Shown: one piece after another, positions 1 to 10,900 of the stretch
Position numbering within the stretch: the stretch's first letter is position 1
How the letters are laid out: each line of letters opens with the position of its first letter
Source: Thecamonas trahens ATCC 50062
Lineage: Eukaryota > Protista > Apusomonadida
Reading direction: 5' to 3'
Assembly (NCBI RefSeq): GCF_000142905.1
Contig: NW_013657648.1
Span: 62,001 to 126,000, forward strand
DNA length: 64,000 nucleotides
Notes under the pieces: generated by a model
Seen by the model: only the letters and a program-made list of their open reading frames with translations
What the model was told of the DNA's origin: nothing
Databases searched by the model: none
Program-made: the position numbers and the translations under genes

Positions 1-341
1 ACACGCTCTCTGCCCTGCAGCGCACCCCGCCTGCGGTCCCAGACCCGCCGCCGCCGCGCCGCGCTCCGCCAGTGCCCGTAGCCGCCAGCCCTGATCCTGC
101 CCCTCGCAGGCAACCTGCCACCACGTTCACCGCCTCCACCCTACCGCCGGCCCCCACCGCTCCCACTCGCCCTCACCCTCGCCGCTCTCCTCCGCCCCAT
201 CACCGCCCGCCATCGCCGCCGGTCTCGAACGATCTGTGGGCAACACTCCCGCCCGCGCCGGCGTCGCGAGCCCGCCTCGAAGAGATGCGCCGCCGCAAGG
301 GCGCACGCGTCCGCCTCTCCCCGATCAAACCTGTTGACTAG
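1..341 (+). CDS. 3' end of a Pro-rich hypothetical protein (runs in from before the window)
   Basis: Frame 3 is open from the window start to TAG at 339-341 (...RARLEEMRRRKGARVRLSPIKPVD*). It converges on the channel gene. No domain recognised. Confidence 0.45.
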   Translation, partial: TLSALQRTPPAVPDPPPPRRAPPVPVAASPDPAPRRQPATTFTASTLPPAPTAPTRPHPRRSPPPHHRPPSPPVSNDLWATLPPAPASRARLEEMRRRKGARVRLSPIKPVD

Positions 342-402
342 CCGATGCTGCACCCGCGCGTGTGTGTCTCGCGTACAATGACCTTCACTCTCTTCAAACA
401 CA

Positions 403-2649
403 TTACTCGATCGAGACAACGGTGGTCGTCCCACCGCGTGCATTGGCGCGGGTCGACGCGGGCGGCGCCGGGGCGACGCGGTTGCGGCGGCCGCCTGCTA
501 CGCGGCGAGCATGGACAGCAGCGTCAAAACCGGTCTCGCCCTCGTCCGACATCTCCATTGAGGTCGAGTCGTCGAGGCGGCGACTGGACCCCCTGCGGCG
601 CACGCCGCGATTGACGCTCCCGGTCGAGGAGACAGCCGGAAGCGGAGCGCGGGGCGCCGAGCCCGAGTCGCCCGAACCGCGGCGGTCCGAGACGGCGCGG
701 GCAAGCTTGCGCGAGGAGCGGTTGGTCCTGGCAGCGACTGTCGCCTGCTGGCCCGAGACAAAGGCTGAGAACGGGACGGCGGCGTCACCGGTCGACGCCA
801 CGTAACCCCGCTGCGCCATAATCTGAGCAATGAGTCCCATGAGCACCTCGTACGTGTAGTCAAGGTCATCGAGCGACATCAGCCCGATGGTCGAGGCCTG
901 TGCAGTCAGTTGCTCGACCGCCCGGAAAAACATCGAGAGCGGCATGGTGGTTGCCGTCGCCGACCGCGGGACAACCAGCTGTGAGGCGTGGGCGGCGGCG
1001 GCGCGGACGAGAGGCAGCCCGGGCCCAGGCGACGGCATGGCCAGGTTGGGTGCGGGTGCGTCCATCGCGCCCGCTACCGCTGCCGTGACTGGCTGTCCCG
1101 GGCCAGGCGGCGAACCAAAGGCTTCAGCCCCGGGCGCCATGACCTCGCGGACTTCCTTGTTCTGGTCCTCGGTCCCGAGGTCGTTGGCCATGCGGTAGAT
1201 CTCCATGGCGTACTCGGGAAAGTCAGAGAGCGCCTCGTCGACATCCTCCTTGAGGAGAACAAAGACGTCGACAAAGGTCTTGGCAATAATCGACGCGTTA
1301 CGCTTGGCCTTCATCAGCAGCGCGACTTCGCCAAAGAATGAGCCCTCGCCGAGCGTGTTGACCTTACCCACGCCTGCCAGCTCGACGGTGACGATGCCAC
1401 GGGTGATAAAGTACATCGAGGCGCCAAAGTCGCCTTCGCGAATGATGTAGTCGTTGGGCGTGTAGACCTCGGGCTTGAGCTTGCGGGTGAGCTCCTGCAA
1501 GAACGACTCGTCGCCGCACTTTTCAAACAGCGAGACTTTGCGCAAAATGTCCTTGTTGAGGTCCGACGACACGTCGGCCCGCAGATGGAGCGGCAGGTCA
1601 GAGAGAATGATGGCGTCGTTGAGGCCGGCCTGCCGCTGCCAGATGTACTGGTAGTAGTTACGGATCCGCTGCTGGAGCACCGGATTGATGCCCTTGTACC
1701 GCATCCACAGGTTGACAATGTCGAGCTTCTTGCGGAACTTGGCTCCGGTGGCGTTGCGGTTCGAAATAAGGTCTCCGACGTTACCGATAACGGAAGCAAA
1801 GACAAAGATGCCGATGAAGAGCATGCCGAACGAGAACGCGAGCTCTAGATTGGTGTCGGGCGAGTTGTGGTCGGGGCCCATGCCCGTCAGCAGCGTGATG
1901 CACCAGAACAGCGCCCGCGGATACGCCTCGTGCGCCGGCTTGGTCACCAGCGTCTGCATGCCCTGCGGCCACCCGGTGCCGACCGGCTGCGGCCACCCGC
2001 CCTCACCGAATCGCTTGTTCTCCTGCTTGACCGTCGCAAAAAACGCGCAAGCCGTCCAGTGCGCAAGCATCATGATGCCGCAGAAGAGCTTGGTCAGCCG
2101 AAACACCACAGGTCGCGACGTCGACTGCTCCCACGATCGGAAGATGTTCGGCACGTGGTAGAGCCTCAGCAACCGGTTGAGCCGCATGAACGCGTGCGGC
2201 TGGCAGTCGTACAGCGCAAAGTCAAATGGCAGCGACGCCACAAGATCCAGCAGGAACGAGCCGTGGAGGTAGTTGCGAACAACAAGCCGGCGGGTGGTGA
2301 CCACCACACCCAGCGCGTAGTAGCCAACGTAGAACCGCCAGAAAATGTCCACCAGCAGCACCACGTCGCCGAGATAATCAATGGTCCACCATACTTCAGG
2401 CAGACACATGCCCGGAAACGTAGTTCGCATCGGTACAAAGACCGAGTTGTACGAGATGACCAGCAGGAGGAGGACCGACCAATACGCCCGCGTTTTCGAC
2501 TTTGGCGAGAGCAGCGCGTACTCGACCGCCGACTTGCTCCAGAAGCACATCCTCTTCTCCGCCCCATCGTTCTCGTTCCTCTGCCATGACTCCTTGAGCA
2601 CCTTGAACTCTCTACACATCCGCTCGCCCGTCCATACACAGCCATACAC
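403..2649 (-). CDS. Cyclic-nucleotide-gated/HCN-family cation channel (6TM + C-linker + cNMP-binding domain)
   Basis: S3 FLLDLVASLPFD, S4 RLNRLLRL, pore ALFWCITLLTGMG, C-linker RIRNYYQYIW/SDLPLHLR, CNBD FFGEVALL..KRNASI. The true start may be the ATG at 2690 (MADVEGGRKA) joined through a short intron; not resolved. Confidence 0.9.
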   Translation of the reverse strand: MYGCVWTGERMCREFKVLKESWQRNENDGAEKRMCFWSKSAVEYALLSPKSKTRAYWSVLLLLVISYNSVFVPMRTTFPGMCLPEVWWTIDYLGDVVLLVDIFWRFYVGYYALGVVVTTRRLVVRNYLHGSFLLDLVASLPFDFALYDCQPHAFMRLNRLLRLYHVPNIFRSWEQSTSRPVVFRLTKLFCGIMMLAHWTACAFFATVKQENKRFGEGGWPQPVGTGWPQGMQTLVTKPAHEAYPRALFWCITLLTGMGPDHNSPDTNLELAFSFGMLFIGIFVFASVIGNVGDLISNRNATGAKFRKKLDIVNLWMRYKGINPVLQQRIRNYYQYIWQRQAGLNDAIILSDLPLHLRADVSSDLNKDILRKVSLFEKCGDESFLQELTRKLKPEVYTPNDYIIREGDFGASMYFITRGIVTVELAGVGKVNTLGEGSFFGEVALLMKAKRNASIIAKTFVDVFVLLKEDVDEALSDFPEYAMEIYRMANDLGTEDQNKEVREVMAPGAEAFGSPPGPGQPVTAAVAGAMDAPAPNLAMPSPGPGLPLVRAAAAHASQLVVPRSATATTMPLSMFFRAVEQLTAQASTIGLMSLDDLDYTYEVLMGLIAQIMAQRGYVASTGDAAVPFSAFVSGQQATVAARTNRSSRKLARAVSDRRGSGDSGSAPRAPLPAVSSTGSVNRGVRRRGSSRRLDDSTSMEMSDEGETGFDAAVHARRVAGGRRNRVAPAPPASTRANARGGTTTVVSIE

Positions 2650-2985
2650 CCGTCAGTCACCGCCTTTCTCCCGCCTTCCACGTCAGCCATGGCGCTGACG
2701 GTCCGAACCCGGAACCGTCGCCGAACAAGCCCCGCATGGCCACCCATACCACCGCACACACAGCCACAGCCATCACACACACCATCACAACACACACAAC
2801 CTCATCACACACGCTTCATACAACAACATACTCGATTTTGAACGCTTGCTTGGGCATGCTTGCCTCGCCTCGCTTAAAAAACGGCCCGCACCGGCTCGCT
2901 ACGCTTCCTTGCCTCTCGCGCGCACGAGAGAGAGAGAGTGAGAGACAATGACGCTTCCGAGTCTGTGGCAGCCACCTCGGCCCCA

Positions 2986-3477
2986 NNNNNNNNNNNNNNN
3001 NNNNNNNNNNNNNNNNNNNNNNNNNNNNNNNNNNNNNNNNNNNNNNNNNNNNNNNNNNNNNNNNNNNNNNNNNNNNNNNNNNNNNNNNNNNNNNNNNNNN
3101 NNNNNNNNNNNNNNNNNNNNNNNNNNNNNNNNNNNNNNNNNNNNNNNNNNNNNNNNNNNNNNNNNNNNNNNNNNNNNNNNNNNNNNNNNNNNNNNNNNNN
3201 NNNNNNNNNNNNNNNNNNNNNNNNNNNNNNNNNNNNNNNNNNNNNNNNNNNNNNNNNNNNNNNNNNNNNNNNNNNNNNNNNNNNNNNNNNNNNNNNNNNN
3301 NNNNNNNNNNNNNNNNNNNNNNNNNNNNNNNNNNNNNNNNNNNNNNNNNNNNNNNNNNNNNNNNNNNNNNNNNNNNNNNNNNNNNNNNNNNNNNNNNNNN
3401 NNNNNNNNNNNNNNNNNNNNNNNNNNNNNNNNNNNNNNNNNNNNNNNNNNNNNNNNNNNNNNNNNNNNNNNNNNNNN
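2986..3477. other. Assembly gap (N-run); others at 17768-17867, 28272-28993, 30672-30771, 35571-35670, 37509-37615, 42990-43089
   Basis: Runs of N, mostly flanked by poly-G/poly-C tracts. Confidence 1.
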
Positions 3478-3873
3478 ACCCCCCCCCCCCCCCCCCCCCC
3501 GCCACCCATTCCACCAATATCAACTGCCACACATTCGCAACGGCATCAATGAATGGCACCCCAGTTCCACACGACAACCGCCAACGAATCATGTCACGCT
3601 CACAAACTCGGTCCCCTCCCCCTCCCTCCCTCCTGACCTCCCCCCCCTCCCCCCCCCCCCCCGCTCCCCCCTCTTCCCTCCATCCTCCTCCTCCCCCCTT
3701 CCCCTCTCCCCTTCCCTCTCCCCCTCACCCGGGGCAATATAAAAAAAACACATACCTTCCACTCGAACGTCTCTCTTCTCCCGCACACCAAAAAAACCCG
3801 CACAAAAAACGACTGCCCACGATCCCTGCAGTCTCGCCCGCACACCTCCAACTCAACCCCCACTGCACCTCCC

Positions 3874-6800
3874 ATGGCGACTCCGTCCAACTCGCTGGCC
3901 TACTGGCTGCAAAGACTGCAGGCCTTGCCGGATGTTCGACTCCCTTGTGACTTTCCCCGGAATCACCACGCGCCGGTCGAGGCCGACGTCGTGCTCTCGC
4001 TGGCGGAACCGACGTGCAACGCACTCCTCCGCATCTCGCTCGACACCGCCGTCAAGCCCTTCCACATCGTTCTCACAGCCCTCGCCATCCTCCTCCGCAA
4101 GTTTACCGGCGATGATGACATTGTTCTCGGCTCCTCGCACGACACCAATCCGCTTGTCCTCCGCCTCGACCTCGCCCCCGACAACGCCCCGCTCACCGTC
4201 GCCCAGCTCCTGACCCGGATCAAGGACGCCGACGACACTGCTCGTGCCCACCCGATTCCGTTTGACGAGCTCGTTGATGCCCTCCGCCATCGTGATGACT
4301 CGCTCGACTCGCTCTTCTCCATCCGCTTCTTCAACGCTTGCGAGGTGTCCGAGCAGACAGAGGCCGCCGCTCGCGCAGAGTGGACCATCTACATCGAGCA
4401 CGAGCCCGACACCCGCCGCCTCCTCCCGCTCCGCCTCCGCATCCGCTACGACTCCCTCCTCTACACCCGCGCTCGCATGGTCAACGCCCTTCACCAGATC
4501 GACGCCATCATCACCGCCATGGCCGCAAACCTCGACGGCGACCTCGTCGACATTTCGCCGCTCACTCTGCGCGCCCGCGCCGTGCTCCCGGACCCGACCC
4601 GCCCGCTCTCGGACACCTTTGTCGGCCCCATCGTCGACTTTCTCGCCCGCCATGCTGCCGCCACCCCCGACCGCCCACTCCTTGTCGAGTACCCGGTTGT
4701 GAACGACGACACCGCCGCTGGCGCTCTCGATCCCGTCACCTACACCTACGCCGCCATCGACGCCGCCGCCAACCGCGTCGCCTCCGCCCTCGTCGCCGCC
4801 GGCATCGTCTACGGTGACGTTGTTGCCCTCTACGCCCACCGCTCCTCCGCGCTTGTCACCGCCATCTTTGGTATCCTCAAGGCCGGCGCCATTTTCACCG
4901 TCATCGACCCGTCGTACCCTACAGCCCGCCAGCGCCTCTATCTCGAGGTTGCCCAGCCGCGCGCCATCATCACCCTCTCCCGCGCAGGCCCGCTCGCGCC
5001 AGACGTCGTCGACTTTATCGACAACGAGCTTGCGCTAAAGCTCATCATCAACGCCCTCACCCCGCTCGCGGACATCCCGCAGCTCGCCGATGCGGATACG
5101 GATTCCCCGTCTGTCGCCATCCACGCAGACACCTTTGCCACCCTCTCGTTCACCTCGGGCTCGACCGGCATCCCCAAGGGCGTCCTCGGCCGCCATGTCT
5201 CGCTCACACACTTTACCCCGTGGATGGCCGAGACCTTTGGCCTCTCGGCCTCGGATCGCTTCACCATGCTCTCCGGCATCGCCCACGACCCCATCCAGCG
5301 CGACGTCTTCACCCCGGTCGTCCTCGGTGCCTCCATTCACATTCCGGACTCGGCGCACATCCTCACCCCGGGCGCCCTCGCCCAGTGGCTGGCCGACTCG
5401 GCCTCGACCGTCACCCATCTCACCCCGGCCATGGGCCAACTCGTCACTGCCAACGCCGTCCTCGGGCCCGGCGTCCATCTCGCCCTCTCCACAGCTTTTT
5501 TCGTCGGCGATGTACTCACCCAGCGTGACGTTCTCCGCCTCCAGGCCCTCTGCTCCGAGCACTTTGTCACCGTCAACATGTACGGAACGACCGAGACCCA
5601 GCGCGCCGTCTCTTACCTTGCCATCGACGCCTGCCCCAACAACATGGCCCTCCGCAAGCACGTCCTTGGCGCAGGCAAGGGCATGTGCGACGTCGATCTC
5701 CTCGTCCTCGTCCAGGACTCGGCAGCCACATGGCGCCTCGCCGCTATCGGCGAGCTTGGTGAGCTCTTTGTCCGCTCGCCACACCTTGCCTACGGCTACC
5801 TTGGCCGTGACGACGAGACAGCCAAGAAGTTCCTAGCCAACCCGTTTGTCGACCAGCTCGCCCTCGCTCGTCAACCCGGCGACGTCGCCCCGCTCCTTCG
5901 CGATCGCATGTACCGCACCGGGGATCTCGGCCGCTTTGCCGCCGACGGCTCGGTCGAGTGCGTCGGCCGCGCAGACGACCAGGTCAAGATCCGTGGCTTC
6001 CGCATCGAGCTCAAGGAGATCGACGCCGTCCTCGCCTCCCACGACTGCGTCCGCGAGTGCATCACCCTTGTCCAGCGCGACTCGGCCGAGGAAAAGGTGC
6101 TCGTCGCCTACTTTGTCCCGCAAGTCCCCGACGTCTACGACATCGCAGACATCCGCGTCCTCCTGCGCTCCAAACTCCCGTCGTACTCGGTGCCCTCTGT
6201 CTTTATGCCGCTCCAGTCCTTTCCGCTCACCCCCAACGGCAAGCTTCATCGCGCCATGCTCCCGGCCCCAGACCTCACCTTTGCTCTCGATACCCGCGCC
6301 CATCACCTCTCCGCCCGCGAGTCGCTCGTTGTCTCGCTCTTTTCTGACGTCCTTGCTCGTCCCGTCGGGCCCGAAACCGACTTTTGGGACGCCGGCGGCC
6401 ACTCGCTCTCCGCCACAGAGCTCACCTTCCGCCTCCGCCGCGAGCTTCGCACAGACATCCCGCTCAACGCCCTGTATCAGCATCCCACTCCGCGCGCCCT
6501 CGCCGCCGCCGTCGAGGCCCACATGGACGCATCGGCTGTCCTCCTCCCGCAGGATCAGGCTGCCGCATCGCCCGATGCCGCCAGCTCTCGCGCCGCCGAC
6601 CTCGCATCCCAGCCACCGCCCGAGCTCGAGCTCGAGGTAGAGGCTGCGCTCGATCCGACGCTCGATGCCACCGGTCGCGCCTGGCATGCTCCGTCGGCTG
6701 ACGACGTGGCACATGTCCTCCTCACTGGCGCCACAGGCTTTGTCGGCGCCTACCTCCTCGCTGCGCTCCTTGTTCGGCGGCCCAACGCCACCATCCACTG

Positions 6801-7947
6801 CCTTGTTCGCGGCTCGTCGGTCGCCGATGCCACCTCCCGACTCCACGCCCGCCTCGCCGCTGTCGGCCTCGGCGCCATCGCTGCCGACCCGGCCACCGCC
6901 GCCCGCGTCGACGTCATCCTCGGTGACCTCACCGCGCCCTGGCTCGGCATTGCGCCCGAGCTCCGCGCCACCCTCACAACGGAGCTCGATGAGATCTATC
7001 ACTGTGGCGCTCTTGTCCACTGGGTCTACCCCTACGAGCAGCTCCGCGCCGCCAACGTTGCCTCGGTCCAAGAGTGCCTCCGCTTTGCCGTCACCGGCCC
7101 GCGCGTCATTACCCTCCACTTTGTCTCGTCGACCTCGGTCTTCGACTCGGGCCCATACGCCCAGCGAACCGCGTCGGTCGCCGAAGACGATCCGCTTGAG
7201 CACTTTGATCAGCTCTCGGTCGGCTACGGCCAGTCCAAGTTTGTGGCTGAGACCATGCTCCGCACCGCCGCCACCCGCAACATCCCAGTCCTAATCCATC
7301 GCCCGGCTTACGTCCTCGGCGACTCGACCGCCGGCGCCACCAATGTCGACGACTACCTCATTCGCATGGTCAAAGGCTGCGTCGAACTCGGCGCCGCGCC
7401 CATCATGAAGAACCGAGTCTACGTCGCGCCCGTCGATTTTGTGGCAGAGGCCATGGTCCGCGTCGCAGAAGCCGGGCCGGACGCTCGAGGTCACGCCTAC
7501 CACTTTCTCTCACCCGACGTCTTTCGCATGGAGTCGATGTTCGACGCCCTTGCAGCTCTGGGCTACCCGCTCGAGCGCCTCGACTACGTCGAGTGGCGCG
7601 ATCGCCTCGAGGCCCGCGTCGTCGACGGTGGTCACTCGGAGTCGTCGACCGCCCTCTACCCGCTGCTGCACTTTGTCCTCGACGACCTGCCCACAAAGTC
7701 GATGAGTCCCGACCTGTGCATGGACAACGTGCCAGCCATGCTCGGCGACTCGTTTACCTGCACGCCCATGTCGCGCTGCTTCTACCGCTACATCGCCTTC
7801 CTCGTCACCGTCGGCTACCTCGACCCGCCGCCAAACGCTGACACCGCCAGGGTCGCGCTTCCGGTTGTCGACGTCGCCGCAGGCGCTAACGTCTTGCAGA
7901 TGCGCACCTCGTCAGTCGCCGCCGCTTCGTCGGCCCCATCCTCGTAG
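3874..7947 (+). CDS. LYS2: L-2-aminoadipate reductase (NRPS-like A-T-R enzyme, 1357 aa)
   Basis: A-domain motifs LSFTSGSTGIPKGV, SGIAHDPIQRD, NMYGTTETQRAV, YRTGDLGR, QVKIRGFRIEL. PCP motif GGHSL. Reductase motifs LLTGATGFVG and GYGQSKFVAE. C-terminal ALYPLLHFV as in fungal Lys2. Confidence 0.93.
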   Translation: MATPSNSLAYWLQRLQALPDVRLPCDFPRNHHAPVEADVVLSLAEPTCNALLRISLDTAVKPFHIVLTALAILLRKFTGDDDIVLGSSHDTNPLVLRLDLAPDNAPLTVAQLLTRIKDADDTARAHPIPFDELVDALRHRDDSLDSLFSIRFFNACEVSEQTEAAARAEWTIYIEHEPDTRRLLPLRLRIRYDSLLYTRARMVNALHQIDAIITAMAANLDGDLVDISPLTLRARAVLPDPTRPLSDTFVGPIVDFLARHAAATPDRPLLVEYPVVNDDTAAGALDPVTYTYAAIDAAANRVASALVAAGIVYGDVVALYAHRSSALVTAIFGILKAGAIFTVIDPSYPTARQRLYLEVAQPRAIITLSRAGPLAPDVVDFIDNELALKLIINALTPLADIPQLADADTDSPSVAIHADTFATLSFTSGSTGIPKGVLGRHVSLTHFTPWMAETFGLSASDRFTMLSGIAHDPIQRDVFTPVVLGASIHIPDSAHILTPGALAQWLADSASTVTHLTPAMGQLVTANAVLGPGVHLALSTAFFVGDVLTQRDVLRLQALCSEHFVTVNMYGTTETQRAVSYLAIDACPNNMALRKHVLGAGKGMCDVDLLVLVQDSAATWRLAAIGELGELFVRSPHLAYGYLGRDDETAKKFLANPFVDQLALARQPGDVAPLLRDRMYRTGDLGRFAADGSVECVGRADDQVKIRGFRIELKEIDAVLASHDCVRECITLVQRDSAEEKVLVAYFVPQVPDVYDIADIRVLLRSKLPSYSVPSVFMPLQSFPLTPNGKLHRAMLPAPDLTFALDTRAHHLSARESLVVSLFSDVLARPVGPETDFWDAGGHSLSATELTFRLRRELRTDIPLNALYQHPTPRALAAAVEAHMDASAVLLPQDQAAASPDAASSRAADLASQPPPELELEVEAALDPTLDATGRAWHAPSADDVAHVLLTGATGFVGAYLLAALLVRRPNATIHCLVRGSSVADATSRLHARLAAVGLGAIAADPATAARVDVILGDLTAPWLGIAPELRATLTTELDEIYHCGALVHWVYPYEQLRAANVASVQECLRFAVTGPRVITLHFVSSTSVFDSGPYAQRTASVAEDDPLEHFDQLSVGYGQSKFVAETMLRTAATRNIPVLIHRPAYVLGDSTAGATNVDDYLIRMVKGCVELGAAPIMKNRVYVAPVDFVAEAMVRVAEAGPDARGHAYHFLSPDVFRMESMFDALAALGYPLERLDYVEWRDRLEARVVDGGHSESSTALYPLLHFVLDDLPTKSMSPDLCMDNVPAMLGDSFTCTPMSRCFYRYIAFLVTVGYLDPPPNADTARVALPVVDVAAGANVLQMRTSSVAAASSAPSS

Positions 7948-7976
7948 ACAAATGAACCTCGAGCTACAGCCCGCAA

Positions 7977-10900
7977 TCACCACGACGACGTCGACATCGA
8001 CGACGACGCCGCGCCAAAGTCACTCAACGACGCCCGATGTTGCGGCACCGGCCAGCTCGGAATCATGGCTATCGACCCACGACGCTCGCCCCCGCTTGCG
8101 CCTCCAACGTGGCCCCATGGCGTCCGACCCTGCTCCATGTCACGATCAAAGACCCGGAGGCTCTCGCGCGCCCGAGACAGTCGCATACTCGCCGGAACAA
8201 TCCGCTTGAGGCTGCGGATCCACAACACGCAGACCGCCGAGAACGGAGCACAGGCCACAATGTAGATCGGAATGAGGACGTAGAAGAACGATGAGATCGC
8301 GCCCACAGAGTATGCCGCCACAAGCACCACCATCATCGTTGCGTACGCCACAATGCCGAGCACCGCCATGACAGCCTCCAGTGGAAAGTCCCAATACCCG
8401 TCGATCGACTGGTAGCAACACATCATGAGCCCGCCAATGAGCCAGAGGCCCGACTGGACAAAGAACGGTGAGAAGACTTCCCAGATGGTTGTCGACGGCG
8501 CGAGTTGGCCCTCGATGAAGAGCGTGACAAGCACGTTCGACGCAATCATGACGCCAAAAGTGAGGATGAAGAACAATGCGCACGCCGACTTGAAGAACGA
8601 GTCCCATCCGCCCTCGTAGAGCATGTCGTCCACCACCTCGGCAAAGGCCAAGAGCACAAGGGCCGCTACCGGGAGCTCTGCAATGTACGTCGGGATGAGC
8701 ACGACCGCCCAGTGCCAGTTGAGCAGGCCATCGAGCTTGCATGCGATAAAGACAAATGGGATGGCCACAAAGAGGAGTACAAGCCCAAAGCAGCACATGG
8801 TGCCAGCCTCATCGACGTCAACGTCAGGAAGTGCGTAGCCGCAGCAAAGCGTGATGAACAGGACCCCGAGTGCGGCGTAGAGAGGCGAGAACACTACGTT
8901 CCACGTCAGATCGATACTCCCGTCGAGTTGGAGTGCAAGGAGGACCGTAAATGCCACAACCGCCATCGCAACCACCAGACTGTAGCACGAGATTCCAGTC
9001 TGCCCTAATGCATCACTCCGCACGATTTGCGCCCGCTGAATCTGCTGCGAGCGATCGTTGCGCGCGTTGAGTATCGCCCGTCGTGCCATGGAATTTCTCT
9101 CCTCACGCTCGGCGCGCGCCTCTCGCGCCCGGATGGTGAGCACATAGTGGTAGCACGGCTCGCCCGGGAGCTTGGCACGCCATCCAGGCGTGACGTTTCG
9201 GGCCAGGAGCGCGCTCGATGTGGCCTCAAACTCAGCACTTGCCGCGTACCGCCGCCACAATACCTCATCCATGGCCACAATCCGCCAGGTGTGGCAGACA
9301 AAGACCGCCCGGCCGAGGTCTTCCGGCCGGAGCCACTTGAAGATCTCCAGCAGGAGCTCAACCGGCAAGTCGACCACCGTCGCCTCTCCGCTTGCTGCCC
9401 ACGACGGCACTCTCAAATCCGCAACCTCGTCATACTCGTCTGAGGTAGGCTCATCAGCCTCTTCTTTGCCCTTGCCCGTCGCCGCCGCGCCAGTGTCGCG
9501 CTCTGTCCGCCGCTTCTTCCGCCCACCCGTCTTGGCCCCGTACCAGTATCCGCGCGGCGTAAGCGGCGGGCGGGCGGTGACGCTACTCATCGACACGCCC
9601 GGGCCGAGCCAGCCGCCGTCAAAGTGAGTCAGCGTCGACGCCGCAACCTTTGCAAAGAACAGTCTGCGTGCAAAGTACTCCTCCTCGCGCTGGTCCTGCA
9701 GACTCAGGCTTCCCAACTCGCCTTTTTCTTCCTCCGGCAGCGAGTAGGTCTCGTACGTCCACGCGTCCTGGTCGTCGAGGAGCGCAAACTCGAGCGCAGC
9801 GTCGCCGTGCGGCGTCACCATCGACGACGTGCTGTACACCGAGATAGACTTGGCGGAAGACTCGCTGTCAGTGCTGATGCCGGCATGTTGCCGCTCGATC
9901 TGACGCAGCAACCGGGCCTGCTGCCGGACAATGTCCCGCGCTCTAGTCGCGCCAGCAGTCGACGACGGCGGCCGCCGCGGCACCCGGCGCCTGCCGCGGA
10001 GCCGCTTCATCCCGCTCGTTGTCGGCTTGATGCCAAACAGCAGCTCTTGGACTTTTCCGCGGTGGGCCACAAACCGCACACCGTGGTTGCCACGGACGGC
10101 CTCCTCGCTTGGACCGGCAAAGACGGCGTCATCGTCCTTCAGCGCCGCCACCGCCGATACGCCGTCAAGCGACGATGTACTCGACGTGAACACATCTTCC
10201 TCTGACGAGTCGTAGTCGGAGCTGTCTGGCGTGTGGCGCAGGAGCTCTTGCTGCTGCGCTGAGGCCGGGGCCGGAGGGGACGAAACTGCGAGCTCAACCT
10301 CGTTGACTTGGAGGCCCGACGACTCCGACGAGCCGAGCGCGTCACTCGGATCATACGCCTTGATGCCGGCAGCAATGCAAGCATCGCAGCGGAACCGGCC
10401 GGACTTGTCGCCGAGAGTAAAGACGTAGTCGCGGAACGACTTGACCTCGTCGCACCCCGGACACGCGACATGCTTGCCGCGCCGGACCGCGGCAACAAGG
10501 TTTTCGTTGCGAGCGATCCGCCGTTGCCTGCGGCGCTCCATCCGGGCTGCCTTGCGTTCAGCCTTGAGCGACATCAGTTCGGCCTTGTTCAGCAGCCGAG
10601 CAATCGGCGGAGGCGGGGGGAGCAGCACGCCATTCGCGTCGTAGCTCAGTTCGATGTAGTCAACCGGCGATCTCGGGACCATCAGTCGCTGCCGAAGTGG
10701 CGAGGCGGGTGGCACCTCTGCTTCGACTGCATCCTTGCCTGCAGCCGCATTGTTGCCCGCCACCGTTGCGCCTGTCGCCGCCGCGGCGCCTGTTGTCCCC
10801 GCGGCGCCTGTTGTTGCCCCTGACCTGTCCAACTCGGCTGAATCATCGCTCGCCGAGGGCTCGGCATCCGCAGCCGCAGTAGCCACAACCACAGCAGTCA

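Noticed and set aside
2816-3742. Long ORFs spanning N-runs (also at the other gaps)
   Set aside because: Artefacts of translating N as X.
3874-7947. Secondary-metabolite NRPS cluster
   Set aside because: A single A-T-R module with Lys2-specific motifs; the neighbours are housekeeping genes, not tailoring enzymes.
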